Assembly: GCA_046329175.1 (NCBI GenBank)
Contig: JAXLVE010000003.1
Span: forward strand, 18,902 to 82,901
Reading direction: 5' to 3'
DNA length: 64,000 bases
From: Flavobacteriaceae bacterium
GTDB lineage: Bacteria > Bacteroidota > Bacteroidia > Flavobacteriales > Flavobacteriaceae
The first letter of the stretch is position 1. Each line of letters starts with the position of its first letter. Below, one piece after another: positions 34,984 to 44,543 of this stretch. The notes below the pieces were generated by a model. The model was not told where the DNA came from, searched no databases, and was given only the letters and a program-made list of their open reading frames with translations. The position numbers and the translations under genes were made by a program.

Positions 34984-35073
34984 CCCGCGTGAGGGATGGG
35001 AGCGGCTATCCTTGGGTGCCGGTGTCCGGCGCTCAAGATAATAGCGAAAAGCCCGACCCGCAGGTGCACGCCC
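34984..35073. repeat. REP-like structured intergenic repeat, subfamily B (copy 3)
   Basis: cgcgtgagggatgggagcggctatccttgggtgccgg-tgt-ccggcgctcaagataatagcgaaaagcccgacccgcaggtgcacgccc. Lies 3' of the preA stop, inside the operon. Confidence 0.6.
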
Positions 35074-35078
35074 TCATT

Positions 35079-36347
35079 TTAATGATCGTTAAGCGGTAAG
35101 CCTTGCGCCTGCCAATCTTTCCAGTTGATGTATTCGGGAGCGACGCGTTGAACTTGCATAGTGATGCAATTGTCAACCGGACAGACCAATTTGCAAAGGT
35201 TGCAACCCACGCATTCTTTTTCGTTGATGGTGTAGTTGTTATACGGCACGCCGCGCTCGATGTTGATGGATTGATGTGAGGTGTCTTCGCAGGCAATATA
35301 GCACAATCCGCAGTGAATACACTTGTCTTGATCGATGTTGGCTACGTGGTGGTAGTTGATGTCGAGGTCTTCCCAATGCGTGATTTTCTCGACGGATTTA
35401 CCAATAAAGTCGGTGGTTTTTTGATAGCCTTTTTCGTCCATCCAGTTGCTGAGGCCTTCGCACAAATCTTCTACTATGCGGAAACCATGCGTCATGGCAG
35501 CGGTACAAACCTGAACCGAAGTAGCGCCCAAAAGCATGAATTCGGCGGCGTCTTTCCAAGTGCTCACGCCTCCGATGCCCGAAACCGGAACACGACTCGC
35601 AATCGGATCTTGTGAAATGGTGGTGAGCATTTTGAGCGCAATCGGTTTGACGGCCGGCCCGCAATAACCGCCAAAAACACTTTGTCCGGCCACATACGGA
35701 TTGGGTACTAAAGTATCGAGGTCAATTCCGGTGACACTTTGGATGGTATTGATCAGACTCAGTGCGTTGGTTCCTCCTTCGACGGCTGCGCGTCCGGTGG
35801 GAACGACTGAATGCACATTCGGAGTCAGTTTGGTGATGACGGGAATCGTGGCTTTTTCCATGACCCATTCGACGACCATTTTGGCGATTTCTGGATCCTG
35901 ACCCACGGCAGCGCCCATTCCGCGCTCGGTCATTCCGTGGGGACAGCCAAAATTGAGCTCAAAGCCCATAGCACCGGCATCTTCGCATTTTTTGATGAGT
36001 TCGTGCCAAGCAGTTCGATTGTTGTCGGCCATGAGCGAAACAATCATGGCGCGGTCTGGGAACATTTTGACGACTTCGGTAATTTCGCGTAAGTTGATCT
36101 CGAGCGGTCTGTCGCTGATGAGCTCGATGTTGTTGAAGCCCATGATGCGTTTTTTTCCGTAATCAACAGACGAATAGCGCGAAGAAACGTTTTTGACTTG
36201 TGAGCCCAACGTTTTCCAAACCACTCCGCCCCAGCCGGCTTCGAAAGCACGGACAACGTTGATTTTTTTATCGGTGGGCGGCGCACTGGCCAGCCAAAAT
36301 GGATTCGGTGATTTGATTCCTAAAAAATCGGTTGATAAATCTGCCAT
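35079..36347 (-). CDS. preA: NAD-dependent dihydropyrimidine dehydrogenase subunit PreA (DHODH-like TIM barrel plus 2x[4Fe-4S])
   Basis: 422 aa. DHOD/DPD-like core (ELNFGCPHGM, GGVSTW) and a C-terminal CIHCGLCYIACED / CVGCNLCKLVCP ferredoxin pair. Confidence 0.85.
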   Translation of the reverse strand: MADLSTDFLGIKSPNPFWLASAPPTDKKINVVRAFEAGWGGVVWKTLGSQVKNVSSRYSSVDYGKKRIMGFNNIELISDRPLEINLREITEVVKMFPDRAMIVSLMADNNRTAWHELIKKCEDAGAMGFELNFGCPHGMTERGMGAAVGQDPEIAKMVVEWVMEKATIPVITKLTPNVHSVVPTGRAAVEGGTNALSLINTIQSVTGIDLDTLVPNPYVAGQSVFGGYCGPAVKPIALKMLTTISQDPIASRVPVSGIGGVSTWKDAAEFMLLGATSVQVCTAAMTHGFRIVEDLCEGLSNWMDEKGYQKTTDFIGKSVEKITHWEDLDINYHHVANIDQDKCIHCGLCYIACEDTSHQSINIERGVPYNNYTINEKECVGCNLCKLVCPVDNCITMQVQRVAPEYINWKDWQAQGLPLNDH

Positions 36348-36359
36348 ATACTTTGTCTG

Positions 36360-37745
36360 TTAATTGTTGAACGTTGGTTTTAATTCGCATTCCAAAATGT
36401 AATCGGGCGCAATGATTTCTTTGACGATGGCCGCTGCTCCGTCTTTTCCGGCTTGAACCGCATCGACGACTTCTTTGCCTCCGTTGACACAATCTCCACC
36501 GGCAAAAACTTTAGCCGTTGGCGTGGTTGATTTTCCGGAGACCGCAATTTTGCCTTTGTTGTTTTGCAGGTTGCTGGCTTGAACGAGTTCTTCAAACGGC
36601 ATTTGCCCCGCCGCTTTGATAACCATATCCACATCCAAAGTAAAAGTTTCTCCGGAAGCTACTGGGCTTCTTCTGCCGGAAGCATCAGGCTCTCCGAGTT
36701 TCATGACTTCGCAAACCAATTGAGAAACTTTGCCGTTTTCGCCTTTGATTTCTTTGGGTGCGGCCAACCAAATGATTTTACATCCGTCTAATTTGGCGAT
36801 GTCTAATTCTTTTTGGGTACACGGCATTTCGGCTTGGGTTCTGCGGTAAATTAAGGTAACCTCAGCAGCGCCCAATCGTTTGGCTTGTGTAGCCGCATCA
36901 ATAGCGGTCATCCCCATACCAATGACAGCTACTTGATCGCCCACGGCAATTTTTGAATAATCGTTGTTGCGCAATTCGTAGATGAATTTGATGGCATCTT
37001 CAACGCCTTCTAAATCTTCGCCTGGAATATCGAGTTGACGCGCCATTCCCACACCAAAAGCCAAATACACCGCGTCGTAGTTTTGGCGCAATTGCTCGAG
37101 CGTGATGTCTTTGCCTAAAGCATGATTGTATTTAATATCAATGCCACCAATCGCTGTGATGTAATCAACCTCGTCCTGGCAGAATTCAGGCGTTACTTTA
37201 TAGGCCGCGATGCCGTAGGTCATGAGTCCGCCGCCTTTGGCTTCTTTTTCATAAATGGTCACATCGATGCCTTCGCGACTCAAGGTATGTGCACAACTCA
37301 GTCCGGCCGGACCGGCGCCTACAATGGCTACTTTTTTGCCAATCGATGGTTTGCGCTCAAAGAGTTGCCATTTGTTTTCCATGGCTTTTTCGGTTGAATA
37401 GCGTTGCAGACGAGCAATATTAATCGGCTCTTCGTGCATCATATTATACACACAAGCACCTTCGCACAATTTCTCGACCGGGCATACTTTACTGCAACCG
37501 GCGCCCATGATGTTGGAAGAGAAAATGGTATGCGCCGATCCTTTGAGGTTGTCGGTGGCGATTTGCTTGATGAATTTCGGCACATTGATCGATGTCGGAC
37601 AAGACTTCATACACGGTGCGTCGTAACAGAACAAGCAGCGGTTGGCCTCTGTAAGCGCCGCGTCGCGGGTTTCAAACGGCGGATGGATATCGGCAAAGCT
37701 TTCCTGATATTCAGCCGCGGTTAATCGGTTATTTTTGATAGCCAT
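36360..37745 (-). CDS. preT: NAD-dependent dihydropyrimidine dehydrogenase subunit PreT (GltD-like)
   Basis: N-terminal Cys clusters (RCLFCYDAPC, CPT), then VAIVGAGPAGLSCA and VAVIGMGMTAID dinucleotide folds. ATG at 37745 (MAIKNNRL) chosen, because the longer ORF would overlap the upstream gene. Confidence 0.85.
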   Translation of the reverse strand: MAIKNNRLTAAEYQESFADIHPPFETRDAALTEANRCLFCYDAPCMKSCPTSINVPKFIKQIATDNLKGSAHTIFSSNIMGAGCSKVCPVEKLCEGACVYNMMHEEPINIARLQRYSTEKAMENKWQLFERKPSIGKKVAIVGAGPAGLSCAHTLSREGIDVTIYEKEAKGGGLMTYGIAAYKVTPEFCQDEVDYITAIGGIDIKYNHALGKDITLEQLRQNYDAVYLAFGVGMARQLDIPGEDLEGVEDAIKFIYELRNNDYSKIAVGDQVAVIGMGMTAIDAATQAKRLGAAEVTLIYRRTQAEMPCTQKELDIAKLDGCKIIWLAAPKEIKGENGKVSQLVCEVMKLGEPDASGRRSPVASGETFTLDVDMVIKAAGQMPFEELVQASNLQNNKGKIAVSGKSTTPTAKVFAGGDCVNGGKEVVDAVQAGKDGAAAIVKEIIAPDYILECELKPTFNN

Positions 37746-37782
37746 AAATCTTTTTCGTTTATTGGTTTGGTTAATTTTGTCT

Positions 37783-38649
37783 TTATAATTGCGTGATTTC
37801 GGTATAGGTTTCCGGTCGACGGTCGCGATAAAACTGCCATTTGCCACGGATTTGCTCGATGAGTTCCAAATCAAATTCGGCTACGAGCAATTCGTCTTTA
37901 TCTTCAGAAGCACAGGCAAAAATTTCACCCAGCGGATTCACGAAATAAGAAGTTCCGTAAAAACGCCCGAGATTCCACGGTTTTTCTTCGCCCACCCGGT
38001 TGATACAACCCATAAAATAACCATTGGCTACAGCATGAGCGGGTTGTTCGAGCTTCCATAAATATTGCGATTGACCCACGGTTGTAGCCGATGGATTGTA
38101 CACAATTTCAGCTCCGTTTAAGCCCAAACATCTCGCGCCATCGGGAAAATGTCGGTCATAGCAAATGTAAACACCGACTTTAGCATACTTGGTTTGAAAA
38201 ACGGGATAACCGAGATTTCCGGGTTTGAAAAAATATTTCTCCCAAAAACCGCCTGTTTGCGGAATGTGGTTTTTTCGGTATTTGCCCAAATAAGTTCCGT
38301 CGGCATCAATGACTGCGGCGGTATTATAGAGCACACCGGCCTGATCTTTTTCATACACCGGAACGATGATGACCATTTGGTATTTTTTGGCGTACTCTTG
38401 CATGAGCTCGGTAGTTGGCCCCGGAACAGATTCGGCCGAAGCATACCATTTACTGTCTTGCCCCGGGCAGAAATACGGCGTATTGAAGATTTCCTGAAAA
38501 CACAAAATTTGCACGCCTTGTCGGCCGGCTTCTTCGATGTACGGAATATGCTTTTGCAACATCGCCTCTTTGATTTCATCGATGGTGCCTTCGCCTTCGG
38601 TTTTGGCCAAACTCAGTTGAATTAAACCTGATTTTACAATTCTTGCCAT
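37783..38649 (-). CDS. nitrilase-superfamily N-carbamoyl amidohydrolase (beta-ureidopropionase / beta-alanine synthase type)
   Basis: The catalytic triad context is CFQE (Glu), YRKNHIP (Lys) and VYICYDRHFPD (Cys). ATG at 38649 (MARIVKSGLIQ). Confidence 0.8.
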   Translation of the reverse strand: MARIVKSGLIQLSLAKTEGEGTIDEIKEAMLQKHIPYIEEAGRQGVQILCFQEIFNTPYFCPGQDSKWYASAESVPGPTTELMQEYAKKYQMVIIVPVYEKDQAGVLYNTAAVIDADGTYLGKYRKNHIPQTGGFWEKYFFKPGNLGYPVFQTKYAKVGVYICYDRHFPDGARCLGLNGAEIVYNPSATTVGQSQYLWKLEQPAHAVANGYFMGCINRVGEEKPWNLGRFYGTSYFVNPLGEIFACASEDKDELLVAEFDLELIEQIRGKWQFYRDRRPETYTEITQL

Positions 38650-38654
38650 ATATT

Positions 38655-40037
38655 TTAAATTTTTCCGTCTACTTTGTTGCGTTTGATGAATTGTCCGTAT
38701 CCTTTCGGGACTTTGCACTCGTTGTTGTCGATGGCAATTTGACCGCGCAACAAAACAGTTTTGACTTTTCCGGTGAGTTGCCAGCCCTCATAACCGCTGT
38801 AATCGACATTCATATGATGTGTAGCGGCTGAAATGGTGTGTTTTTCATTCGGATCAATCAGGATGATATCGGCGTCGCTACCCACGGCAATGGTTCCTTT
38901 TTTCGGAAACATCCCAAAGATTTTCGCAGCGTTGGTCGAGGCCACTTCAACATATTTATTCAAGGTAATTTTGCCTTTACTGACACCTTCGCTAAAGAGC
39001 AATTCCATGCGGTTTTCAATGGCCGGATGTCCGTTCGGGATTTTTGAAAAATCGTCTTTACCCATGAGTTTTTGTTCCCACATAAACGGACAGTGGTCAG
39101 TAGCCACCACATTGACCATGCCTTGATTCAAGCCGGCCCAAAGTGCTTCTTGATCTTTTTTCTCACGAAGCGGCGGCGACATCACCCATTTGGCTCCTTC
39201 AAAATTTTGCTCATACAGACTGGCATCTAAAATCAGATACTGAATACAAGTTTCAACAAAAACATGTTGGTTGCGACGGGTGGCAAAACGCACGGCATTG
39301 AGCGCGCCTTCGCAGGTGAGATGCACAATATAACCCGGACAGCCCGTATAATCGGCCATGTCAGCAAATCGGCTGCTGGCTTCGGCTTCTGTGACTTCGG
39401 GTTGTGATAAATAATGATAGAGCGGCGCTAGTTTTCCTTCGGCTTTATGCTTGGCAATCAAGTAATCAATCATATCGCCATTGGTCGCGTGCACGTTGAT
39501 GAGCCCACCGTGTTTTTTGACTTCTTGCATGAGCCCAACCATCTGACGATCGTCAATCATGAGTGCACCTTTATAAGCCATAAAAGTTTTAAACGAGGTG
39601 ATGCCTTCGTTTTCTATAAAGTGCTGAATTTCTTTCTTGGTTTCGTCGTTAAAATCGGTCACGGCCATGTGAAAACTGTAATCGCCTACAGCGTTGTTGT
39701 CGCTGCGGCCTTTCCATTCTTGCAAAGCTGAATTCAAACTTTTTCCTTGGGTTTGCAGGATGAAATCAATCACCGTCGTGGTTCCGCCAAAAAGAGCAGC
39801 ACGGGTTCCGGTTTCGTAATTATCGCTTGAATACGTGCCCATAAATGGCATATCTAGATGCACATGCGGATCGATTCCGCCGGGCATCACGAGTTTTCCG
39901 GTGGCGTCAATCACGGTATCGGCCGCAACGTTGAGGTTTTTGCCGATGGCCGAGACGGTCTCGCCTTCAATAAAAACATCCGCCATATAATCGTCAGTGG
40001 CAGTGATGACTCTTCCGTTTTTGATTAAAATACTCAT
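38655..40037 (-). CDS. dihydropyrimidinase (D-hydantoinase)
   Basis: 460 aa. Has GGIDPHVHLDMPFMGT, and the carbamylated-Lys region FKTFMAYKG, typical of cyclic amidohydrolases. Confidence 0.9.
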   Translation of the reverse strand: MSILIKNGRVITATDDYMADVFIEGETVSAIGKNLNVAADTVIDATGKLVMPGGIDPHVHLDMPFMGTYSSDNYETGTRAALFGGTTTVIDFILQTQGKSLNSALQEWKGRSDNNAVGDYSFHMAVTDFNDETKKEIQHFIENEGITSFKTFMAYKGALMIDDRQMVGLMQEVKKHGGLINVHATNGDMIDYLIAKHKAEGKLAPLYHYLSQPEVTEAEASSRFADMADYTGCPGYIVHLTCEGALNAVRFATRRNQHVFVETCIQYLILDASLYEQNFEGAKWVMSPPLREKKDQEALWAGLNQGMVNVVATDHCPFMWEQKLMGKDDFSKIPNGHPAIENRMELLFSEGVSKGKITLNKYVEVASTNAAKIFGMFPKKGTIAVGSDADIILIDPNEKHTISAATHHMNVDYSGYEGWQLTGKVKTVLLRGQIAIDNNECKVPKGYGQFIKRNKVDGKI

Positions 40038-40090
40038 ATCTTTTTAAGTTGCTGAGTGCCTAAATGCCTGATTGGCTGAGACTACTCACA

Positions 40091-41548
40091 TTAAATTGTT
40101 CTATTTTTCATTAAAATCCAATAAACAAAACCGCTGATGCCGAATCCAACAAACCAAGCGTAGTGGTATAAATCCGAAAGCCAGGCCGGAAAAGTATCGA
40201 CACTAACCGCTTGAATCGTAGTTAAAAAACCTGGAATATTGGGTAAAATGCCCAAGATAAGCGCCCAAATTGCTAGGGTATTAAACCCTTTGGTAAAGCT
40301 GTATTGCCCTTGCGGATGATATAAATCGTCTAAGATTAAAGTCTGTTTGCGAATGAAATAATAATCGGCAATCATGATGCCGCCCACCGGACCAAGTAAA
40401 CTCGAATAGCCTACGAGCCAGGTAAAAATATAGCCCGACGGATCAGCGATGAGTTTCCAAGGAAAAATCAAAATCCCGATGATTCCGGTAATATAACCGC
40501 CCTTTTTGAAATCAATTTTAGAAGGTGAAAGATGCGCAAAATCATTGGCCGGACTCACGATATTGGCCGCGATGTTTGTTGCCAAAGTGGAAATAGCCAC
40601 AGCAATCATCGCGATACTGACCAGTAATTTGCTGTCAAATTTTCCGGCCAAAACCACCGGATCCCAAATGGTCGTTCCAAAAACAATGGCCGTAGCCGAA
40701 GTAACCACCACGCCTACAAAAGCAAACAAAGTCATCGAAGTCGGAAGTCCGTACAATTGCCCTTTGATTTGCGCTTGTTGTGAAGTGGCATATCGAGTAA
40801 AATCAGGGATGTTGAGCGATAGTGTGGCCCAAAACCCAACCATGCCCGTGAGCGCCGGAAAGAAATAGGTAAAGAATTCTGTACTGCTCGTAAATTTAGA
40901 AGGCGTATTTAAAATCGGGCCTAACCCATGTGCGGCATTGAGTGCCCATAAAAGTAAAGCCAGAGCAGCCAAAGGCAGAAAGAACGCTTTAAACACCAAG
41001 AGTTTTTTGATGCTGTCCACGCCTAAATACACCACATACATATTGAGCAACCAAAACAAAATAAAGCAAATAGCCGGTCCGGTTTGTAAGCCCCAACTGT
41101 CTGGGAAAATTTGTGGTAAAGTCTCAAGCGAGGGCATCCATAAGCGCGCCATTTGATAAAGCGCAAAACCACCAATCCAGGTTTGAATGCCAAACCAACC
41201 GCAGGCCACAATGGCTCGGAGCAAAGCGGGAATATTCGCGCCGACGGTTCCGAAACTTGCGCGCGCAAACACCGGAAACGGAATGCCGTATTTGGCGCCG
41301 GCGTGTCCGTTGAGGATCATCGGAATGAGCACAATAGTATTGCCTAAAAAAATTGTCAAAATGGCTTGCCACCAACTCATGCCGCCTTCAATAAGCGAAC
41401 TCGAAAGCATATAAGTAGGAATACACAAACTCATGCTGATCCAAAGGGCTGCATAATTCCAGGTCGTCCAACTTCGTCTTTGGGCCGCAATAGGCGCCAA
41501 ATCTTCGCTATACAAAGCGGTGTTTGTATGGTTTTGGTTTTCGCTCAT
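40091..41548 (-). CDS. NCS1-family nucleobase/hydantoin:cation symporter
   Basis: 485 aa with about 12 TM segments. The N-terminal DLAPI....R.W and NxxxxxP patterns are typical of uracil/allantoin/hydantoin permeases. Confidence 0.85.
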   Translation of the reverse strand: MSENQNHTNTALYSEDLAPIAAQRRSWTTWNYAALWISMSLCIPTYMLSSSLIEGGMSWWQAILTIFLGNTIVLIPMILNGHAGAKYGIPFPVFARASFGTVGANIPALLRAIVACGWFGIQTWIGGFALYQMARLWMPSLETLPQIFPDSWGLQTGPAICFILFWLLNMYVVYLGVDSIKKLLVFKAFFLPLAALALLLWALNAAHGLGPILNTPSKFTSSTEFFTYFFPALTGMVGFWATLSLNIPDFTRYATSQQAQIKGQLYGLPTSMTLFAFVGVVVTSATAIVFGTTIWDPVVLAGKFDSKLLVSIAMIAVAISTLATNIAANIVSPANDFAHLSPSKIDFKKGGYITGIIGILIFPWKLIADPSGYIFTWLVGYSSLLGPVGGIMIADYYFIRKQTLILDDLYHPQGQYSFTKGFNTLAIWALILGILPNIPGFLTTIQAVSVDTFPAWLSDLYHYAWFVGFGISGFVYWILMKNRTI

Positions 41549-41560
41549 AAGTGATTGATT

Positions 41561-42910
41561 TTATTCCATGGCAGCGTCGGCAATTTTGAGCGCTTCGCTG
41601 ATAATGGTCAAACCTTCGTCGATTTGTTCTTTGGTGATGTTGAGCGGAGGCGCAATAAAGATGTAGCCCCAACGCACAAAAGTGTACATACCGAGTTCTC
41701 TGATTTTGGCTGCCACTTGGTTGGATACTTTTAAATCGTCGCCGGCCGCGTTATAAGGCGCCATGAGTTCGCCGGTGGTTTTGTTTTTGAGCACATCTAA
41801 ACAACCCAACAATCCGGTGTTTCTAAAAGTACCCATGCTTGGGTGCTGCGCGCGCATTTGGTCAATGCGCATTTCCATGTAAGCGCCCATTTCACGGGTG
41901 TTTTCAATCAGACGATCGCTTTCGTAGATGTTGATGACCGCGAGTGCCGCTGCCAGAGCCACCGGATGCGCATTATAGGTAAGCCCAATCATCATAGGCG
42001 TGGCATCGAACTTGGCGGCAATTTTATCCGAAACCATCAAACAACCGAGTGGTAAATATGAAGCGGTCAAACCTTTGGCCATACAAACCATATCGGGAAT
42101 GATGTCGTGATTTTCAAAACCGAACCATTTTCCGGTGCGGCCAAATCCACTCATGACCTCATCGGCGATGAACAAAATACCGTATTTCTCACACAGTGCT
42201 TTGACGCCTTTAAGATAACCTTTTGGATAATGCAAACAACCCGAAGATCCGCTTTCGCCTTCAAAAATAAAAGCCGCAATATTGGTTTTTCCTTCGAGGT
42301 GAATGATGCGCTCGACGTATTCTAAACTCAACGAAAGTTTGGTCGCGTCATCGAGATTTTTCATACCGTAGAAATAATACGGATCATCTAAATGAACCAC
42401 ATTGGGCATTTGTTGCGAATCATTGGCGAGTTTTCGCGGGTCGCCGCCAACGGTCATTCCACCGATGGAACCACCGTGAAAAGCGCGATAACGGCCGATG
42501 ATTTTATGTCTGCCGGTATACAATCTGGCAAGTTTGATGGCGTTGTCAATAGACGAAGTTCCGCACAAAGTAAAAAAGGCTTTGTTGAGATCGCCCGGAC
42601 AAATTTCGGCAAGCTTGCGCGATAATTTGGCGCGCACTTCGGTGGTGCAACTCGGCGTAACAAAGCTGACTTTGTTCATTTGCTCAACCACCGCATCGGT
42701 AACACGTTGGTCTCCGTGGCCGATATTCACCGACATGAGGCCGGAAGAGAAATCGATGATGCGGTTTCCGTCGCAGTCATATAAATAGACGCCCTCGGCG
42801 CGATCAATAGCAATAGGATTGACAGCGGCTTGGGCCGACCATGAAAACAAACTGAATTGTTTGCTGTCGTTGATGATTTGTTCTTTTGATAAGGTTTCTT
42901 CTGTTGTCAT
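41561..42910 (-). CDS. class-III (omega) aminotransferase, beta-alanine:pyruvate/2-oxoglutarate transaminase candidate
   Basis: 449 aa. ADEVMSGFGRTGKWF with the PLP Lys in MAKGLTA. The operon context indicates beta-alanine or beta-aminoisobutyrate as substrate. Confidence 0.8.
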   Translation of the reverse strand: MTTEETLSKEQIINDSKQFSLFSWSAQAAVNPIAIDRAEGVYLYDCDGNRIIDFSSGLMSVNIGHGDQRVTDAVVEQMNKVSFVTPSCTTEVRAKLSRKLAEICPGDLNKAFFTLCGTSSIDNAIKLARLYTGRHKIIGRYRAFHGGSIGGMTVGGDPRKLANDSQQMPNVVHLDDPYYFYGMKNLDDATKLSLSLEYVERIIHLEGKTNIAAFIFEGESGSSGCLHYPKGYLKGVKALCEKYGILFIADEVMSGFGRTGKWFGFENHDIIPDMVCMAKGLTASYLPLGCLMVSDKIAAKFDATPMMIGLTYNAHPVALAAALAVINIYESDRLIENTREMGAYMEMRIDQMRAQHPSMGTFRNTGLLGCLDVLKNKTTGELMAPYNAAGDDLKVSNQVAAKIRELGMYTFVRWGYIFIAPPLNITKEQIDEGLTIISEALKIADAAME

Positions 42911-42969
42911 TGTATTTTGTTTTTGAAGAATCTGTTTTGGGTTTAAGCGAATCTTTCTGGCAGACTCGA

Positions 42970-43052
42970 TGCCCTAGCCCCGATTGCAGCGGAAATCCTT
43001 TTGGCGCTGGCGTTCAGCGCAAAAGATTGCAGCTTAAAGCGGGAATAGCTTC
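42970..43052. repeat. REP-like structured intergenic repeat, subfamily A (copy 2 of 3)
   Basis: tgccctagccccgattgcagcggaaatccttttggcgct-ggcgttc-agcgcaaaagattgcagcttaaagcgggaatagcttc. Lies 3' of the mmsA stop, inside the operon. Confidence 0.6.
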
Positions 43053-43085
43053 TAGTAATTCGTAATTTATAATTCTTAATTGACT

Positions 43086-44543
43086 CTAGCTCATCCAGTT
43101 CACACCCGCCTCGGCATTCCACTTGACGGTGGTTTTCTTGAGCTTGGTCCAGAACTCGATGGAGCTTTTTCCGGTGATGTCGCCCACGCCAAACTTGCTC
43201 TCGTTCCAGCCGCCAAAACTGAACGGCTCGCGCGGAACCGGCACGCCTACATTGACGCCCACCATTCCGGCGCTGGCTTTTTCCATGATGTAACGGGCCA
43301 TGCCTCCGTTTTGGGTGAAGACGCTCGCGGCGTTTCCGTACGGGCTTTTGTTTTCAATCGCCAAGGCTTCGTCAACCGTGTTGGTGCGCATGATGGAAAT
43401 GACCGGTCCGAAAATTTCTTCGCGGGCTACACTCATATCTGGCGTGACATAATCAATGACCGTTGGGCCGACATAGGTTCCGCCTTCTTTGCCGGATACT
43501 TTGGCATTGCGGCCATCGACGAGGATTTTGGCCCCGTCTTTTTCGGCTTGGGTGATATAACTTTCGATGCGCTCTTGAGATTCTTTGTTGATGACGGCTC
43601 CGAGGTTTTGTCCGGGAACAATTTTTCGGGCTTCGTCGCAAATTTTAGCGATGATATGATCGACATTTCCGACGCCGACCATCGCGGAAGCGGCCATACA
43701 TCTTTGACCGGCACAACCGGACATCGATGCAGCTACGTTTTGTGCAGTCATATCCGGAATCGCATCGGGCAAAACCATCAAGTGATTTTTAGCACCGCCC
43801 AACGCCAAACATCTTTTTAAGTTTTGTGTGGCGCGTTGATAGACAATCTTGGCCACTTTGGTCGAGCCGACAAACGAAACGGCCTCGATGTTCGGGTGGT
43901 CGCAAATGGCGTTGACCATTTCTACATCGCCGTGCACCACGTTAAATACACCGTCGGGCAAACCTGCTTCTTTGAGCAATTCGGCGATGCGACCACAACT
44001 GAGCGGCACTTTTTCAGATGGTTTCATGATCATGCAATTGCCGAGTGCGATGGCATTGGGAATCGTCCAGTTGGGTACCATCGAAGGAAAGTTAAACGGA
44101 ACAATCGAAGCAACCACACCCAAAGCCACATGTTCGGTGCGGCATTCAACACCTTTGCTGACTTCTAAAAGTTCTCCGGTAATGAGTTGTGGAAGTGACG
44201 TAGCAAACTCGGTGAGTTCGATGCATTTTTCGATTTCGGCGACAGATTCACCATAGGTTTTTCCGTTTTCTTCGCTGCACAGTTCAGCGAGTTCTTTCAT
44301 GTTTTTTTCGAGCAAGGCTTTATAGCGGAAGAACACTTGTACGCGTTCTTTAATCGGGGTTCGGCTCCAGGCAGGAAATGCGGCTTGTGCGGCTTGAACG
44401 GCCTTATCTAAATCTGATACGCCCGACATGGGGACTGTTGAGAGTAGATTTCCGTCTAAAGGTGAAACCACGTTTAAGGTTCGGGCTGCAGAGGCCGGTG
44501 TAAACTTTCCGTTGATGAAGTTTTGAATCGCTGGGTATTTCAT
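43086..44543 (-). CDS. mmsA: CoA-acylating (methyl)malonate-semialdehyde dehydrogenase
   Basis: 485 aa ALDH-family protein. It has the catalytic Cys in GCAGQRCMA and lacks the general-base Glu context, like MmsA. It is the first gene of the pyrimidine catabolic operon. Confidence 0.85.
   Translation of the reverse strand: MKYPAIQNFINGKFTPASAARTLNVVSPLDGNLLSTVPMSGVSDLDKAVQAAQAAFPAWSRTPIKERVQVFFRYKALLEKNMKELAELCSEENGKTYGESVAEIEKCIELTEFATSLPQLITGELLEVSKGVECRTEHVALGVVASIVPFNFPSMVPNWTIPNAIALGNCMIMKPSEKVPLSCGRIAELLKEAGLPDGVFNVVHGDVEMVNAICDHPNIEAVSFVGSTKVAKIVYQRATQNLKRCLALGGAKNHLMVLPDAIPDMTAQNVAASMSGCAGQRCMAASAMVGVGNVDHIIAKICDEARKIVPGQNLGAVINKESQERIESYITQAEKDGAKILVDGRNAKVSGKEGGTYVGPTVIDYVTPDMSVAREEIFGPVISIMRTNTVDEALAIENKSPYGNAASVFTQNGGMARYIMEKASAGMVGVNVGVPVPREPFSFGGWNESKFGVGDITGKSSIEFWTKLKKTTVKWNAEAGVNWMS

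Noticed and set aside
43080-44256. Plus-strand ORFs of 246, 114 and 135 aa antisense to mmsA. Similar long antisense ORFs occur at 51268-51867 (opposite tdh), 6602-7099 (opposite mgtE), 54237-54752 (opposite mfd) and 38149-38625 (opposite the nitrilase-fold gene).
   Set aside because: Each lies wholly inside a longer ORF with clear family motifs on the other strand. Their compositions are those of antisense frames, and none has recognisable motifs.
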